The notes: generated from the sequence alone by a model not told the origin. A stretch of 64,000 nucleotides of DNA from Balanoglossus misakiensis (GCA_040954595.2 CM082577.2:4030305-4094304); one strand, 5' to 3'; counted from the first letter of the stretch, positions 13,311 through 28,800 are shown. A program made the numbers and translations.

Positions 13311-16300
13311 ATTTTATAGTTAGTTTCATATTCAAGGCTGGATATGCTCAAGAAAATCACACTACGTGGTATTAGAGCAGGCCACAGTGTCACTTCAAAA
13401 TCAGCAGCTGAGTAATTTACCATGATTTAATCTAGATAGATATCTGTTTTAGTATTAAAACTTCAAGATGGGAGGTTCTGTGGTAAACTTTTTACAGCTA
13501 TCTTTAAAAAAAATTCTGGATCCCACTTTAACGCTCAAAAACCCAGCAATGAAAATATCAGCTTTTACACTAATTAACTTGGTATTAAGTCCACTGAGTC
13601 TAAAATTCAGCAACTTGTATTTATGTATGTCTGAAACTTAATCTTGTCAGGAATTCAAAGGTATAAGACTAGCACAACATGAACAAAAGGAACTTACATC
13701 AAATGACATCAACCTGTATTGTACCCTGCTTCTTGTGGGCATGGAAAATAAAATTCATTGAAAACGATACCATGTGCGGGTAACTACGGAATTGAAATTT
13801 ACAATCCTCACGCAGGGCACCAATACAAGCAAATTAAAATGATACTTTAGCACAGAAAACTTCATGAAACTGATCATCCAAGCGAACGAACATAAATCAT
13901 AAAACGCCACCACCGATGAGCACATTAAACTTTGTCATCGGCTTCAAAAGGGCCCATCTGCACTGCCCCTCTCCCTTAGGGTCACACATCCTGGTACTGC
14001 TATTGTAATGCAACTCATCCCATCAGTGGTTCAGTTTTTTTCTGGCACACATAGACATTCAGGTGGCAGTCCATCACCTGGGCAAAGGGTGGATTGCTTT
14101 GGGATTGCTGGTTCTTTTCTCTGTCTGGAGGTTACGTGTGGGTTATTTCCACCAGAGTGGGGCGCAGCCATGGTCTGATACATCCTAACTGCAGGCCACA
14201 TTTCACAAAACTCCCGACTTGCGCACAGTGTCCATTGTGCGTAGACTGAGCTTAATGCACCGTCTTTCATTGCTTCTTAGGCAATCTGCATGGTCCCAGT
14301 CATGAAGGGTACACAGCATTGCTTCTTTGAAAACTAAAAGCCATGTCCTGAAAAAGCAGTGCCCAAATTAGTTCTGCCAGAATTTCCGTCGCTCCTTTGT
14401 TTGATAATACTGCTGACCTTTGAAAGTACCCTGCCTTGTCTTTCCCCAATAGCGTGCAAACATTCTTGATTTTCACTTTCAGTGCTATCTTTCTTCTGGG
14501 TAAATGAAGCAGGATCATAGGGTCTCTCCTGTATTGGATTGTACATGCTGGGTCAAAGGTCATCTCCATATGCTCCTATAGGGTCACAAAACAGTATCCT
14601 ATACTTCCTGGGTCACCATGCCTCCTGTGCCAGACAAGTTCAGAGGTCACCTTTCTCAGTCAGTCATATTGCCTCTCTTTTAGGGAATCATCGTTGTCAT
14701 AGGCCATTTTCTCCTGAGTTCATTCATACAAGCTGCTTTTGCTTCGGGGTCAGGCATGCTGGTTTTGCTCTTCCAGGACATAGATCCAGGTTCAAAGGTC
14801 ATGCACTTTCCAAGACCCTACATCCTATGTCATCACATCATACATTTTAGCGGCCAGCTTCCTGGGTCAAAAACCTGGTTGTTGGAAAACCACAAACATT
14901 CTTCTTTGGCTCTTAGGTCATCCACATTACCTTCAAGTTATACATGAAAACTCGTCAGATCTAGACCTCTCGGACCACAAATCCACAAAGCGTGTGATCG
15001 CTGTCTTTCACATGTAGCATATAAACGTACCAGGATGTGCACCCTATGCCCCTGGCAGTGGTCAGTTTGGCCCGTACACTTACGTAACTTATAAACGTCT
15101 TCTGATACAATTGAAAAAAAGCAGAAATAACTGATGCCAGTACATAACAAATGAACTTCAATTACCTCTTCAGAGTCTGTCCAATTTTAAAAATCAAAAA
15201 TATTAATAATCAGTAGAAAACCTCTCAAGTTATTTAAATGCATATTTTTTTTCTCTCTGAAATACCACCTTTTTCACCAATATGGGAATAAAAGTAAACT
15301 TCAAATTTCAAAAGCCTACCTACAAAAATTGAGTTGGATGTGGTATTTCGCTCTAAAAATTCATGTGGAAGTTACAATCTTATCATCATCAAAGAAGAAA
15401 TTTGAAATTGTCTATCTATGTCATAGACTCTTTAGCTGGATATTGCACTCTACATTTCTGTGTTGTCAAGGTATGTGCTAATCACAAGCACACTGAAAAG
15501 TCTTCTTTTTTTTTTCAGTGTGCGCATCATATATATCTACCGCAATATCGATATCTCTCATAATCATGATTTCGAAGTGTTTATTTTGCGCCGGGAGATA
15601 CCGCTGGCTGCAGTAGAGGCAGACAGATTAGAAAATGCGTCAGTCACATGGCCTTGAGTTATTGTCTAATCTCTCGGACCTGGCAGGGTAAATCATCTAC
15701 AAAACTGGAACTAATGCAGTGAAAACATCTGAAATAATATAATAATAAACCGACGTGCACATATCAAACAATTTCTGGAAATTCACATGCAATCAATCCC
15801 GGGTCAACGTAATGCACACAAAACGGAGAACAATTATTTGCTTAATAGTGAACAGCCACAATTGGTGATCAATTTTGGTGGCAAGTTGAAAGCAGCAGTT
15901 GTGTGATGACGTGGCGTGGTCTATAACACAATCAGCGCACCTTTAAATTGGAGTTTTAGGTTGAAATCACAATAAAAGTTTGGATACTCTGGTATATAGG
16001 TACTTGCACGCATGCATTGCAGATTCTAGATTCAAGATGGCAGAAAATTCATTACATGTATTAAAAGATGATGGAGATAGTCTTATAAAGCAAAGAAAAC
16101 ACTGTCATAAAATCACAGTCTGCTGGCTCAACATATCAACCATATGCAATATAATATTCCCATCCAAATGCAACTGTATATCACAAAGATGAAACCATAT
16201 GCAAGGTGGAGTATTATTTCTTATCTTGAAATATATCACCTGAATTATTTGGTATTTTTTAAATCGTGAATTTTAACGGTGTAACGGATTTCTTTCTCTA

Positions 16301-16897
16301 CCCAGGATTTCAATGGATTGCTGGTACATGTTTAAACTCTTCCTGTTTACATATGCCTCCAGTTGATTTTTGTAAGCGCGAATTACAACGTTAAAGGGAT
16401 ACAATCACCTTCTAATGACCAAGTGTTGGCACCCTTGTCTAGCACGACCACCACAGTGAAAATCTGTGATTGGCTAGGTTCTCCGCTTTCCATGGCAACT
16501 GTGGCTAAAATTTACATAGGTGATCGTATACCTTTAATCGAATGTTTTTGAGCAGAATGGACCAAAAACCAGTAACCATAGCATCCCCAACTTTTCAGTT
16601 TAGGCTTATTTGACAAAAATACCATGGCTGACTGAAGACTTGTTTGTACCTTTAAATCACAGAATGGATAACTGTAGATGATTGGCCTTTTTGCTTTGAG
16701 GCTGAAGTTGGCATGCTATAGGAAATGTACATAACACTGCCTTTTATACAAGATGGCAAACGTCGCTTCTATCATTCAGAAAAAGTTATGAGATGATTTA
16801 TGGAATTATGCAGAGGGCTACACTACTCTCTTGTGTGTGTAACCATAAAACCATTTTGCTGGATTTTTTTTTAATGTCTTGGTTTTGTTTTTCCTCT

Positions 16898-19800
16898 TCA
16901 CAAGTTATGAACTTGTAAACTCTGACTGGTACTACTTCCACTGGCTCCGGCACTGGCTCCGGCGCTGGCTCCGTTGCCATTCCCGCTACTACTGCTCCCG
17001 CTTCCGTTACTCGAGTGCTGGAACCTGGCCGGTATTATGCCGGAGAACCAATTCCTGGTGCGTCTGGCCACGGCGTTGGAGAACTGACCAGGCTGAATCC
17101 TGGAGAGCTGTGTTGACAGCTGTGATCCAAAGTGCTTGATGTAGTCAGTGAGATCTGGTTAAGGAATTTACACTTGTGGTTCGGCTTTAACCCTTTCACC
17201 ACCATGGTTCAGTCCAAACCCATTGTTTTCTATGGTAAGCTTGGACTTCTAAAGATTGAACTGGGGGTGAAAGGGTCAAAGGTACATGCTTCTTGACATG
17301 GGCATTTGTATAGAAATATTAAAATAAAACTTTTAGTCTGTGCACAGACCTGTTCATTGGGAAAGTCAGCAGGCTCCATTAAGAATACCCTAGTAAGTGA
17401 ATTATTGAACGACTGAATGACTGAATGAATGAACGAAAGAACGAACAAACAAACAGATGAGCGAGTTTTGATGCTATAATTGTTGAGTCAACCACTAAAA
17501 ATTTGCTTGGGAGGCACACATATCATCTCCACTCTAGACACAAAACTTCATCTCGTGCAAGCTTGATAGACACATTGAGATCCCATTACTCATGTTACAA
17601 GACGTTGCATTATTTTCTTTGAAGACTATTCCCAAGCGGCCTTTCCCAATTATTGAAATCTCACCTGAAATCAAATTTTGAGTGACAGCTATGCCACAGA
17701 CCTTCATTACACTCGGGTCTTAGGGAAATCAGTTCATTATTATCAGACCGCATCCGAGCTACAACAACAAAACACATATTACTCTGGAGAGATACTGATT
17801 TGTCAATGTCATGGCAACATCTGACGCAGCAGATCCTGACTGATCTTATTAAATTTCCAACTTCCTTCTTGATGACCCTGGCTAAGCAATATTTAAAGCC
17901 TGTCCTCTCTCAGTAAACTATACCATTATAATCTGTAAATGTGGCTAAATGTGAATGCAGTGGTAAATGTATAAGCAGTTCAGCATGTATCAAAGGATAT
18001 ACAAGTGACCATGGTGGCTGTCCCCCGTTGATGTACATGACATAAGACAGGCCATCTTTGGGCTGTTTTTGTATGGAGTAGTAATACGGCAAGTAGTTAT
18101 GCCTCTTGAAGTTCCGATGCTCATAGAATTTGATTGCGGTATTGTTGCTGGCTAGTACGTGCAGGTAGATGGCCTTGACATTGGACTTGTCGCCGGAAGT
18201 CAAGTAGGAGACCAAACTGTCCAAGAGCAATGAGGCTGAAACAAATGAAAACAGAGACAGGTCATGGTCAATGTCAAATGGAGATTTCACTACAACAGGG
18301 CAGTGTTTCATTATGTCCAGTGTGCTCTCTAAAAAACACAATTTTCAAAAGCTTTGAGTCTCTGATGCCTCTCTGATTCAACAGTGAGTCACCTTTGATT
18401 TCTTTTTAAAAAGACAGTAAACAGATTTTCTATTTTTTTGTCTGACACAACACATTATGAGCACTGTTTTTTCACAACCATATGTTGGTTACCAAAATAG
18501 CTAGCCCCAATGTGTCAATAAACAGTTTCCATGTCTGATTGATAAATCTCACTACAGCAGCATGTTACAACTCGACAAATTATGTTTGACAAATCATCGA
18601 TGATGTGGCCATGTCTGGTTACCATGCCAACGTTCTATCAATCTAACTATTCTTGAAATCTGATTTTCCCCCATGTACTGTAAATAATGAATGACTCATT
18701 TTAGTGGGTGAAATAAAATATACACAAATTACAATTTCAGTCAAAAGTATAATGGCTAGAGATAATTTATGTAAACCAAGAAAATAAGATAAAAGCCAAC
18801 ATACAAGAAAATCTTAAAGAAATCTGAGATGCACTGATACTGAGCAATATATCAAATGCCAATATCTTTTTTAATGATTCCCATAAGTATACCTCAGCAG
18901 AATGTAATTTTTTTGTATGAAGTCAAACTAATGACAAATCATATTTAATGAATCAGGAACAGGCATAATACACACTGACAACTGAACTGAACCTCATACA
19001 CACATTCTATTTCAAGGAGACAGAAAAACAAGGAAACTTTAAATGTTTGATAAACATTTGAAAAACAACTTACCAATACCCTGTCTTCTATATCTTTCCA
19101 CAACACCAAGGCTTAAAATGTAGGCAACTTGGGTATGGCTTGGAAAACTGATGGCCAGAATGTCAGCATCCTACAAGATGAAACAAAATAAACAATGTGA
19201 GTGAAAAACAACATCTCTCTCTCTCAGTCAGTCTCGCATATACAAACAGGTATCAACGATGAAACTGAGTACTGTAATAAACAAAATCAAACTGCTGGAA
19301 ACTGTGGTCACAAATGTGATTATAGTCTCACAATCCAACACATCAAAACATGACCAGAATGACATAACCAATTCTATTTACTCAGCAAGCGTTCAAATGT
19401 ACTACAAGTCCTAATGCCCCAAGGCAGTTTCAAAATACACGTACCGTGAGAATTGTAACGTATTTCACATCATTAAAATTTCAAAGGTTCTTGTGACTTG
19501 TAGCCTTACAGGATATTGAACACTACAATCTTGTGGTTACGTTGGAAAATAATCTGATAATTTCCTACACTTCAAAAGAGTGTGACTTTGCTTGAAATAT
19601 ATCCATCACAGAAACAGTCAACCTGTTGTATAAAGTTAACTGTTCCATTCTTGTTGACTTGAATTTTTCTAATTGTGAAATATTTTTTCCAAGGGCACTT
19701 ACTTCTATTATCAGTGTCACTTTTTGATGCCAATTATAGAAAAGAAATTAGAATAACTGGTGCCCTTGAAGATATTGAATACTATGCATACAGTATGTAC

Positions 19801-22800
19801 CTACATTCTTAACAAGACTGGCTCGCAAATCTACATTTGAAAGACTGCGGTACATGTTTTGGACAATACAAAATATAGGGTCAATAGAATTTTGATCTCA
19901 TTTGCATACTGCGACATGATTCCAACTTGTATTGCAGACACGATCAATTTATCATAAAACATGACCACCCCAGTACTCACATATGACAGCCTAGAATTTA
20001 TTGGTTTTTTTTCTCAGTTCTGACAGTCTGAGGTTTTGGCTTCTCATAGTCAAGGAAGCACAGGAAAGACAATGTGACTGGATACAAATATCAAGTACAT
20101 GTATCAGGAATATATTTTGCTGCCATTATGATTAATGGAAGTCACCATTCAGATATGACGGTGGTCACAATCATTAATTTGAAGGTCATAGTTAATATGT
20201 CATATATGTATGTGTGAAATACTATAGGTGTGTAACATGAGGTTTCTTTGTTTGCTTGTATACGGATATACGTTCCTATCCTGCTCATGTGTGGTAAACA
20301 AAATAACTTGGCTTTGCCCACTCCAGTGTTATCTACCACATTTCTGATAAGGATAATCGATTTAAACAGTTGAGATATATCTGAGAAACAGTGATAGTTG
20401 GTTGCCACCAAATAGATCCCTACTACGGTACATTTCAAAACTCACTTCAAACAAAAGTGTGTGTATTAAACCGGTGTATGCCATAATTCCAGCGACTATT
20501 CTACAAGTAACGTTATATCTGGTCTCTGTGATTGAAAAATTCCAAGAATCGCAAATTTATTTGTATTTCCCAATCAACTGCAACAGACAATGACATCTTT
20601 TCCCCTATTTGCATACCTATTCATATGCAAGCAATCTGTAGGTGGTGTGATCAAGAAGGACCCTTGCAATCTCTTACCTCCTTGTGGATGCGACCTTTCA
20701 CCTTTACCTCTGACACAATCAGACCAACAATTTTATTATCCAATATGGCAGCCAGAGAGAAGAATTTGGCATTGCTTGTGATTTCCTCATACCACGATTC
20801 TGGGTATCTGAAACAGCCGAATTGGAGGGAGAAAAAATTAGTAAACTAACCGTGAAATATTTCTAATACCAGCATACCTGTTGGTATCAATGTTCACAGA
20901 TCACACTTTTACACCACACACACACATATTGGATTGTAGGAGACTTTTAATTGGAATCATTTTTCTCTGACGAGAGAACCATTTCACTCTCAGACGTGGG
21001 TGTTTTACATTGTAACATTGATCTGCATCAAGATTCAATTATAATACCATACAGCTTCCTGTTACAAAGATCTCCATCTTTCATATTTCACTGCAGTCCA
21101 GCTTGTAATACAATAACATCACCATTTGTACAGTAGTAATGTTAAAAGTACTGCAATAGTACATCTGAATGTCAAATGTGACGGGGATGACAGGAAGTGT
21201 CACTAATAGAGATTACTTGGAACTCAGTTGAGGGAACAACAAACTTCAAAAATGCCTGAAGGTATTCATACCAAATCATGGATATGTTTTACTGTACCAT
21301 GATCATTTTAATGACTGCTACAGTGCATCAGGGTTAGTTGCAGCATATGGGATGTTTATTTAATGAGTAACAGAGAATGTCAAAAGGTATATCCGAACGA
21401 ACAGCTTTCATATACCAAAGAGTACATACAAGCTCTACAATGTTCAGCTATTGATTTACACATCACGACACACTTTCAAAATTGTAACTCTCTAAACAAT
21501 AATGAGAACACTTACAGCTATACTTTGACATTTGATAATAAATTTACTATTTCAAGAGGGGTAACCTCAAGCACGATATCACTAAATTACAATTTGCTTC
21601 ATGACAAATGAGATTGGAACAAGTACACTGCTACGATATAATTATCACCAAACAATATGTCGAAAACTCATCTATTTTTAACAACACCAGGTGTTGAGGA
21701 ATCATATTTAGACCTGCTTGCCCAGGCCATGTTTGCCTATCACCCTGTCATTGCACTCAATATTTCTGTGGTGTAAAAAAAAATCACTGGTCTGTCAGGA
21801 TAGTTTAGAACAAAATAACATTAGCACAGTCATAGAATCTGCCAGCCTGTCACGTGAGCTAAGGCTTGTGGAGTTGATCACTCCAGAATCTTTTGGGGCT
21901 TTTTTTTATCTTTCGTAGTCCAAAAACTAGGCTAGTGTAATAGAGTTGATGAAGACTCAACAAGTTCCCACGTAAACCCTATTTCTATACCTAGATACAG
22001 CAACACAGTAGAATGCACAGTAAACACCCTAGCAAGTTCGAAGAAAGCAATGCAGACATTTGTCATACACGCTTTTCATGAGCGCATTATTATTATACAG
22101 GTACGAACAGAACGAAACCGTTCAGTCCAGAAAGGATGGTATACACGTCACAGTGACATCACATGTCACACCTATCACCTTGGGGATCTCTCCACATTAT
22201 GCAAGTTATTCACAGCTGTTGCCAAACCCAGACAGCTTTTGTTCAAACAAGGATATTAAAACTTCGTAGGTTTTTTCCTCCATTTATCACTCGATATATT
22301 AATCTCACCGATATGATGTTCTATCTTCACAATATGTTACCCTGACCTAGTGTGTGTACCAGGTTACATGCGCATGTAGAAATAATAGTAGTTGTGGTAC
22401 TCAATCTGACTAAAATTAGATGTAGAATTGACTCGTTCTTTACATAACCTCTTTTATCATTTTGCACATCCCAGAACCCATTAAACATTACAAGTCAAGA
22501 GCAAAAACTTCTACAAGTGCTTCCTCGGACTGCCTATGAGCTAAAACTTCATGTTGTAAAACTATAAGTATCAGACAGATGGATGGTCACACATTCGATC
22601 GCTGTATGATGGCACAGACTACAAGTGATTATTTCTAATGTGAAGGGCTACTGACATCACTATCAATCATGGCAAACCACAGAAAAAAATTACAGAGGCC
22701 GACACACAAGGGTGACCACAGCATTCCTTGGTTATATATGCACTGTGCCCTCTAGGTCAGTCTACAGTAATGTAGTGTGACACCACATGCCCCGTGTAAG

Positions 22801-25800
22801 CAGGGGGAGGGGCTACTTCAATAAATTTCCATAGAAAACTCTATCCGATTCGCAACCACAATTTATTGACCTGCATACACATGTAAATCTCAGGCTTTAC
22901 AATTTCACACTAATAAAAGGACACAGGGCCAAACGTGACCCACTTCTGACCCCATTGCCTCAAATCACTACCCACTTCATGGGAAATCTTGTTTCGAAAA
23001 GTGCACCCAGTCAAGCAGCAAGTATTTGTATACAGTCTTCTATGGGAGTTTAACAGTTTAATACATGCCAGGAATCTGAGTCAGTCTATGGTAATCAAGT
23101 ATGACACTACTCTACTATAAATAATCACTTTGTGTTGATAGATCAATAGCACATTCACATCTGGGGGAAAAAAATTTAAATCCCATCAGAATCACTGTCA
23201 AACTAATACACAACATGTTCTGCACAAGTTACATTATTTTGTGTATGATAGGCAGCTTTTAGAATATTTTACCAATTGCTGCCTAATCATGGTCAATCTA
23301 GAAATATATCTATGAACATTCAAACTGGCTTCAACGAGGAAAACAAACCAAATGTTACTGATAAGGTAATGGAATGTATATTACGCATCATTGCCAATTT
23401 TCATAAAAATCCTATGCAATGTCATTTCCCTTGACATTGGCAAGAGTAATAATCTAATAACTTATTACATAATAAATGCCATGCTATTTTACCACTAAAA
23501 TTAATGAAATCTAATTAGGAAGTGTATTGCCAATGCACTTACACATTAAGAAGAAATGGAGCAAATATGAATAAACCATGGCATATCTTTCTGAATATCC
23601 CTCGAGTCAACATCATTTTCTATCAAATTTTATAAGCTCCCGTATTCTATTGACATCCATTCTGCAACCAACCACTCACTGGGTATACAGCTGTCTAAGT
23701 TCAAACACCATAGAATACACCAAATTAACCGGTAATGAATCCACTGTGCTTGAATGATGTCAGTGTGTGTTAACTCGTCCTGGATAAAAGCATGTGACGA
23801 GCGTTCTCCACTTGAGTCTACCTGCAGTGCTGCATTTTGATTGACCCCTATTTTTATGCACATTATGATGTATATACATGTAACACTTACATGTACAAAT
23901 GAGCATCCAAAAAGTCACAATTACAGAAATGACTCTCAACACATACATCTTTAACAACATTTCAATAACAAAATCATTACATTTCCATATGAACAACATT
24001 GGACCTACCTCCACGATTGAACAAAAAGAAGGCCGGAGCATTATTTTGATATTTTTATTCATATATGTGATTCTAAATGATATATATCTATCTAAGCTCT
24101 AATGTACGATAACATAGCATGAGTCAGTGAGTAGAATAAGTGTAACTTCTGAAAACCTCACCACCTTACATGAAGAGTGTGTGACTTTGCGAGTATTTTT
24201 TCAACACCTGAAAGTGAGCAAATCCAGCTTAAAGAACGAGAACGTGAGCAGGCAAGCAAATTTTTGCTCCGAGTGGCCAAACACAGTTATGAAAGTCAAT
24301 TTAAACTGCTAGCTTTATACTGACAGTATAATTACTTCAAGGGAAGCTGTTAGCAGTGTTGATTGGCAGGCCAGGTGAGTGGTTTTATTTTCTAATTGCC
24401 CCGGCTGGTTTTCGAGAAAGATCTGCCCATTCCTATACACAGGCTGAGAGATTTGTTAGTCACCTGCTTGGCACACTGCCTGAGAAATTTCCAGATACAG
24501 GAAATATTGCAGTATACTAGTAACAGTACTAATAATTGCACTGTTATTTTGAGAACTTGCCACTCGGCACTGTCAACGAACACATCCATTCACTGTTGTA
24601 GTTCTATGCATTACATGTATGTAGATACTGTGAATAAAATTACCCATGAAAAATTATATAAGTACATGATTTATGAACATAAAATATAATATTCCCATGA
24701 AGAGCTGGATGTTACAAACAGATAAATGTTAAAGACCTGTTTATTAAAAGTGACGAGAACAAATTAAAATGCACTGAAAGAATAAATTCTCAAGAAATAC
24801 AGTGTTGCTTTTTACAACAGGCAAAATAGTCAACCATAGTAATGCAGTCATAGAAACGTTAAGTTGTTTACTACTAAGTATTTGCTACACCATGTACTGT
24901 GTGCGCGCTGACCACAATGCAATCACGTATTTTCCACAGTTTGACACTTTTATCTGGGCGATTTGCTAGATAGAAGCTTGGAGGTCACCTTCAATGACGT
25001 TTGGAAGGGATGATAGGATCATGGAACACAGGGTCAGTTACAGATGTTGCCTAGGCGATTACTAGATAGTACATTGCCTATAGTGATGCAGCTCATTTAA
25101 CCCTTTCACCGCCATGGTTCAGTCCAAACCCAGTGTTTTCTATGGTATTGTTGGACCTCTGTAGAGGGAACTGGGGGTGAAAGGGTCAATCACCAAAAGT
25201 TGCTGTTTTCAAGCTGCTGCCTGGATTCGGAATAAATGTCTTTTCTGGGCAAATTCTCACAGCTCATTTGACACGAAAATATCCAGTCTAATGTCTCTGA
25301 CATGCTCGTCCAGGGGTGACGGAATGGGAAAATCATGTTTGATGACAAAAATCTGTCATCAAGGTGGATTTATCGTCTGCTATGCGTTAGTGATACACGT
25401 CCTTGGGACCACCTTTAACCCTAATGCTACTGGGTGTCAACCTGTTTAGAGTGTCAAGTCCCTTAAAATTCGTATTTGCCACTTTTTCTTCTAAAACATA
25501 TTTTGACTGTCTTCACATGGCTCTCATACGTACTTAGACACACTTGGCAGTCTGAGCCCCCTGTAAAATTAAACAAATCGCACTGGTCTGCACTGGTTAA
25601 GTTTGAGGGTCTTGTATAGGCCCTACTGATTAACACACACTTGGCAGCCTAACGGGCCTGGGAGCCCGGATTCTAGGCACCCTGGAAATCAAACCAGTTT
25701 CAACTGACTTGGTAGCGGAAGGGTTAATATTGTACTTGTAGGGAAGCCATGTAATCTACAGATTGCTGACAAAGAACATAAAACATGATACCATGAGTAC

Positions 25801-28800
25801 ATTTTCATCACATAATAAAAATTCTGATTCAGAACCAGTCCTCGTCAGTGGCATTTTTTACCAGATATGTCCCACAATATTTTCAAGTAAAAACCGTTCC
25901 TTCTGTTTACATGCCGTAAGTGGTCGGGCTGCTTTAAATGGTCTTAATGGGTTTCTTTTTTGTGTTTTTTTTCTGTGCAATGAATAAGTAATGCTGCGTG
26001 CAGATGCCAGAGAAATGTATTCTTTTCTCAGAATACTCGGAACTCAATAAATCTCCTCTCACACTGACTGGTTTGTTATTAAATAGAAAGATTCAAAGAA
26101 TGATGAATATTTATGAATCCGTTGAAATTATTTGGCATAAAATCACAATTTATTGATAGATATTGCAATTCGGTCATAAACTGTAGTATTTCTTGGAAAA
26201 TTTGCCAGCAAAACACGATCAAAAAGTCTGAAAATTCAAGTCTGTACATGCACTTATAAATTCTTATAATATTCACATCAATAACGAAACAAGGATTGGA
26301 AAAATTTTCATGAACTAAACATTGTTCCAGAGATTTGTTTATTTTACTAGAGGTACAGTAAACATTTTTAAATGCTGGTAAAATTTGAATAAACTGATAT
26401 AAACTGCAGCACACCTTTACACATACCTGTGGTGTAAAAATTTGATCTTGTAACAAACAAACTCTTTTATCACACACACACATAGGGTCAAGCAACTATT
26501 ACAAGCAGCAAACACCACAATCTCATTCTTTGGTTTGTTTATCAGCTATTTCAGCAACCAATGTATCCTGGGAGTATTCTATTTCTATTCTTGGGGGAGC
26601 TCTGCATGACATGATTGAGACTGTCAGAGGAAAGCGCAATTAATTGGGATATTCTTAGAATAAAATTTCCTTTAGGAGCACCCATTGCCTACCACTGCCA
26701 ACAGTGTGTTGTCCTAATTACGTTTTCACAGATAACAGTCTACCCCCCATAAACCATTGACCCTTTTTGGGTACTAGTATTTACAATGTGTTGTTTTGCG
26801 ATACATGAAGCCAACACACACAGGATTTGAATAAAACACATTAAAACTACACCCACTGTGGACTGTCTTAATTTAAGGATACAGGCAGGCTGATGTATTT
26901 AGGGAAACTTCACCATATTGTACCCGTACATGTATATACAGAGTTTGTATTTATCTGAAGCCAGCAAATGATCCCTTGGTTCCCACACAATTTTTACTTC
27001 AACTGCCCTTTGACATAGTAAAATGAATTTGGTGCAGGGACAGGGATACTGGGTGTTAAAAATTAACATTTTTGCCAGTATTTACAAACAATTCTGAATT
27101 CTGTCCCCTAACCTTGGACAAAACTTATATGTACTTACTTGCATAATTTTATGCAGCATTTATAAATTATACACTTTATTTAAATACTGTGAATGCTTGG
27201 GTACAAGTATACCATACTACACCACAATCATCGTTCATCACTGTGATTTCCTTTCTCCCGCATCTTGAATGCTGAAAGACTACAGCGTCTACTAGCTTAC
27301 ATATACTGGGGTTCATTCCATGCCATTGGCATGAAACGAACACTCAAAACCACACACAGCTGACAAAATCTAATGTTGTCAGCTGATATAACCAGCAATG
27401 TTTAAAATTCTGCTTTTAGCTTCCGGATACGTCTTGTCATGTGGCTATTTTCCCTTGGTAGTAGTAATACTGCGAGTGAGAAACACCAGTAGTAAGCTGA
27501 AGATTGCGGGTGTGAGTTGTCTCAAGTGGGTTAGGGATATGCATCATTTCTGCCTGAAGGCTGTAATGTCCACCTTGGCTTATTTTCTTCAATGTGCAAC
27601 AAGCTTTGTTGTGTCTTATCACAAAGACTAGAAGAGCAAAGTTAAGGAGTCTAAAAGACCTTCTTGAGTGGAAATACGCAATGATATCACACGGTACATT
27701 TCCTTCTGATCTCAAAGTTTCTAAATGTTTGTTTTTTATCAGTCAGTGAACGGCAGGCAAGTATAAAGCAGAGTTAGCGCATCACTCAACAAGTAAAGTG
27801 CATGGGAGGCAAATTTCTACTCAGCTTCAAAACAGTGCTCCTTTCCCTAGAATTTTGTTCACCAGAACAATTTTTGAAAACATGTACTGGCTTGCGAGTT
27901 CGTGGAGACAGCCTCAGCTAGTGGATTTAATTTTGTTAAATTGGCCTGGAGACTGTTGGATTCTGAATGCAAGGATTTGCTCTTTTGTGGCCATTCTAGA
28001 ATACGTCTACGTGTACTAAGCAACAGGACAAAATCTTTCCTTGAAGATATACAGTATCCTATCACAAAGACTATGGCTCAAATAAGCCATTTGGAAGAAC
28101 TCCAGTCTAAAACTGGCTACATGTACACCTAACATTCCATAAACAAACTTGTCTAAAATTGAAGACAAAAGCATGCACCAGAATGATATGGTCAAGAACT
28201 GGTCTTGTGTCGACATGTGAGATTGCACAGCACAGAGCCACAAAGTACCCGGCAATATCACTTGTCAATGAATATCCACCAGTAGATGTACATGTAACGT
28301 GAACATGGCACCCATGGTTATAATGAGTGATCAATTTCCAATACATTATTAATGTTAATTATATCCAACCCACTTCAAATACGGTTGTTATGAACAGATG
28401 TGTGCACATCTCCAGAATTAGTAAGAGAGACTCAGAGCCAACATCAGCTGCACTTGGTATTAAGTGCCAGGTTTAACCAAAACTTTGATCAAGTATTATC
28501 ACGATTCATCAGAATATTTTCTCAGCCTTATTGGACAATGTTTATTGCGTATTTATGTATGACCAGTAAACTAGCATTGTCCATATGTTTCATGATGCAT
28601 GCATACACATACAGTACACATATTGAACTATATGCATAAATTTGTGTATACTGCTTATATTGAAGCAGTTAAAGGTAGTACACATGTATGTATTTCTGAA
28701 GTCAGTGTGTGTCCTATTGTCACACTACCAATAGTTCAGCATCTACTCTAACTGTACTTTCTGTGGCTTTAATCAGAGATAAAGTTCAGATTCGCCAATC

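Noticed and set aside
15084-15101. 18-nt microexon-like acceptor/donor pair on the minus strand
   Set aside because: Lies downstream of the NAA60 stop with no partner exons identified.
17910-18341. ORF-track 143-aa protein as a standalone gene
   Set aside because: It is NAA60 exon 4 plus intronic flanks; the true C-terminus follows the AT-AC intron.
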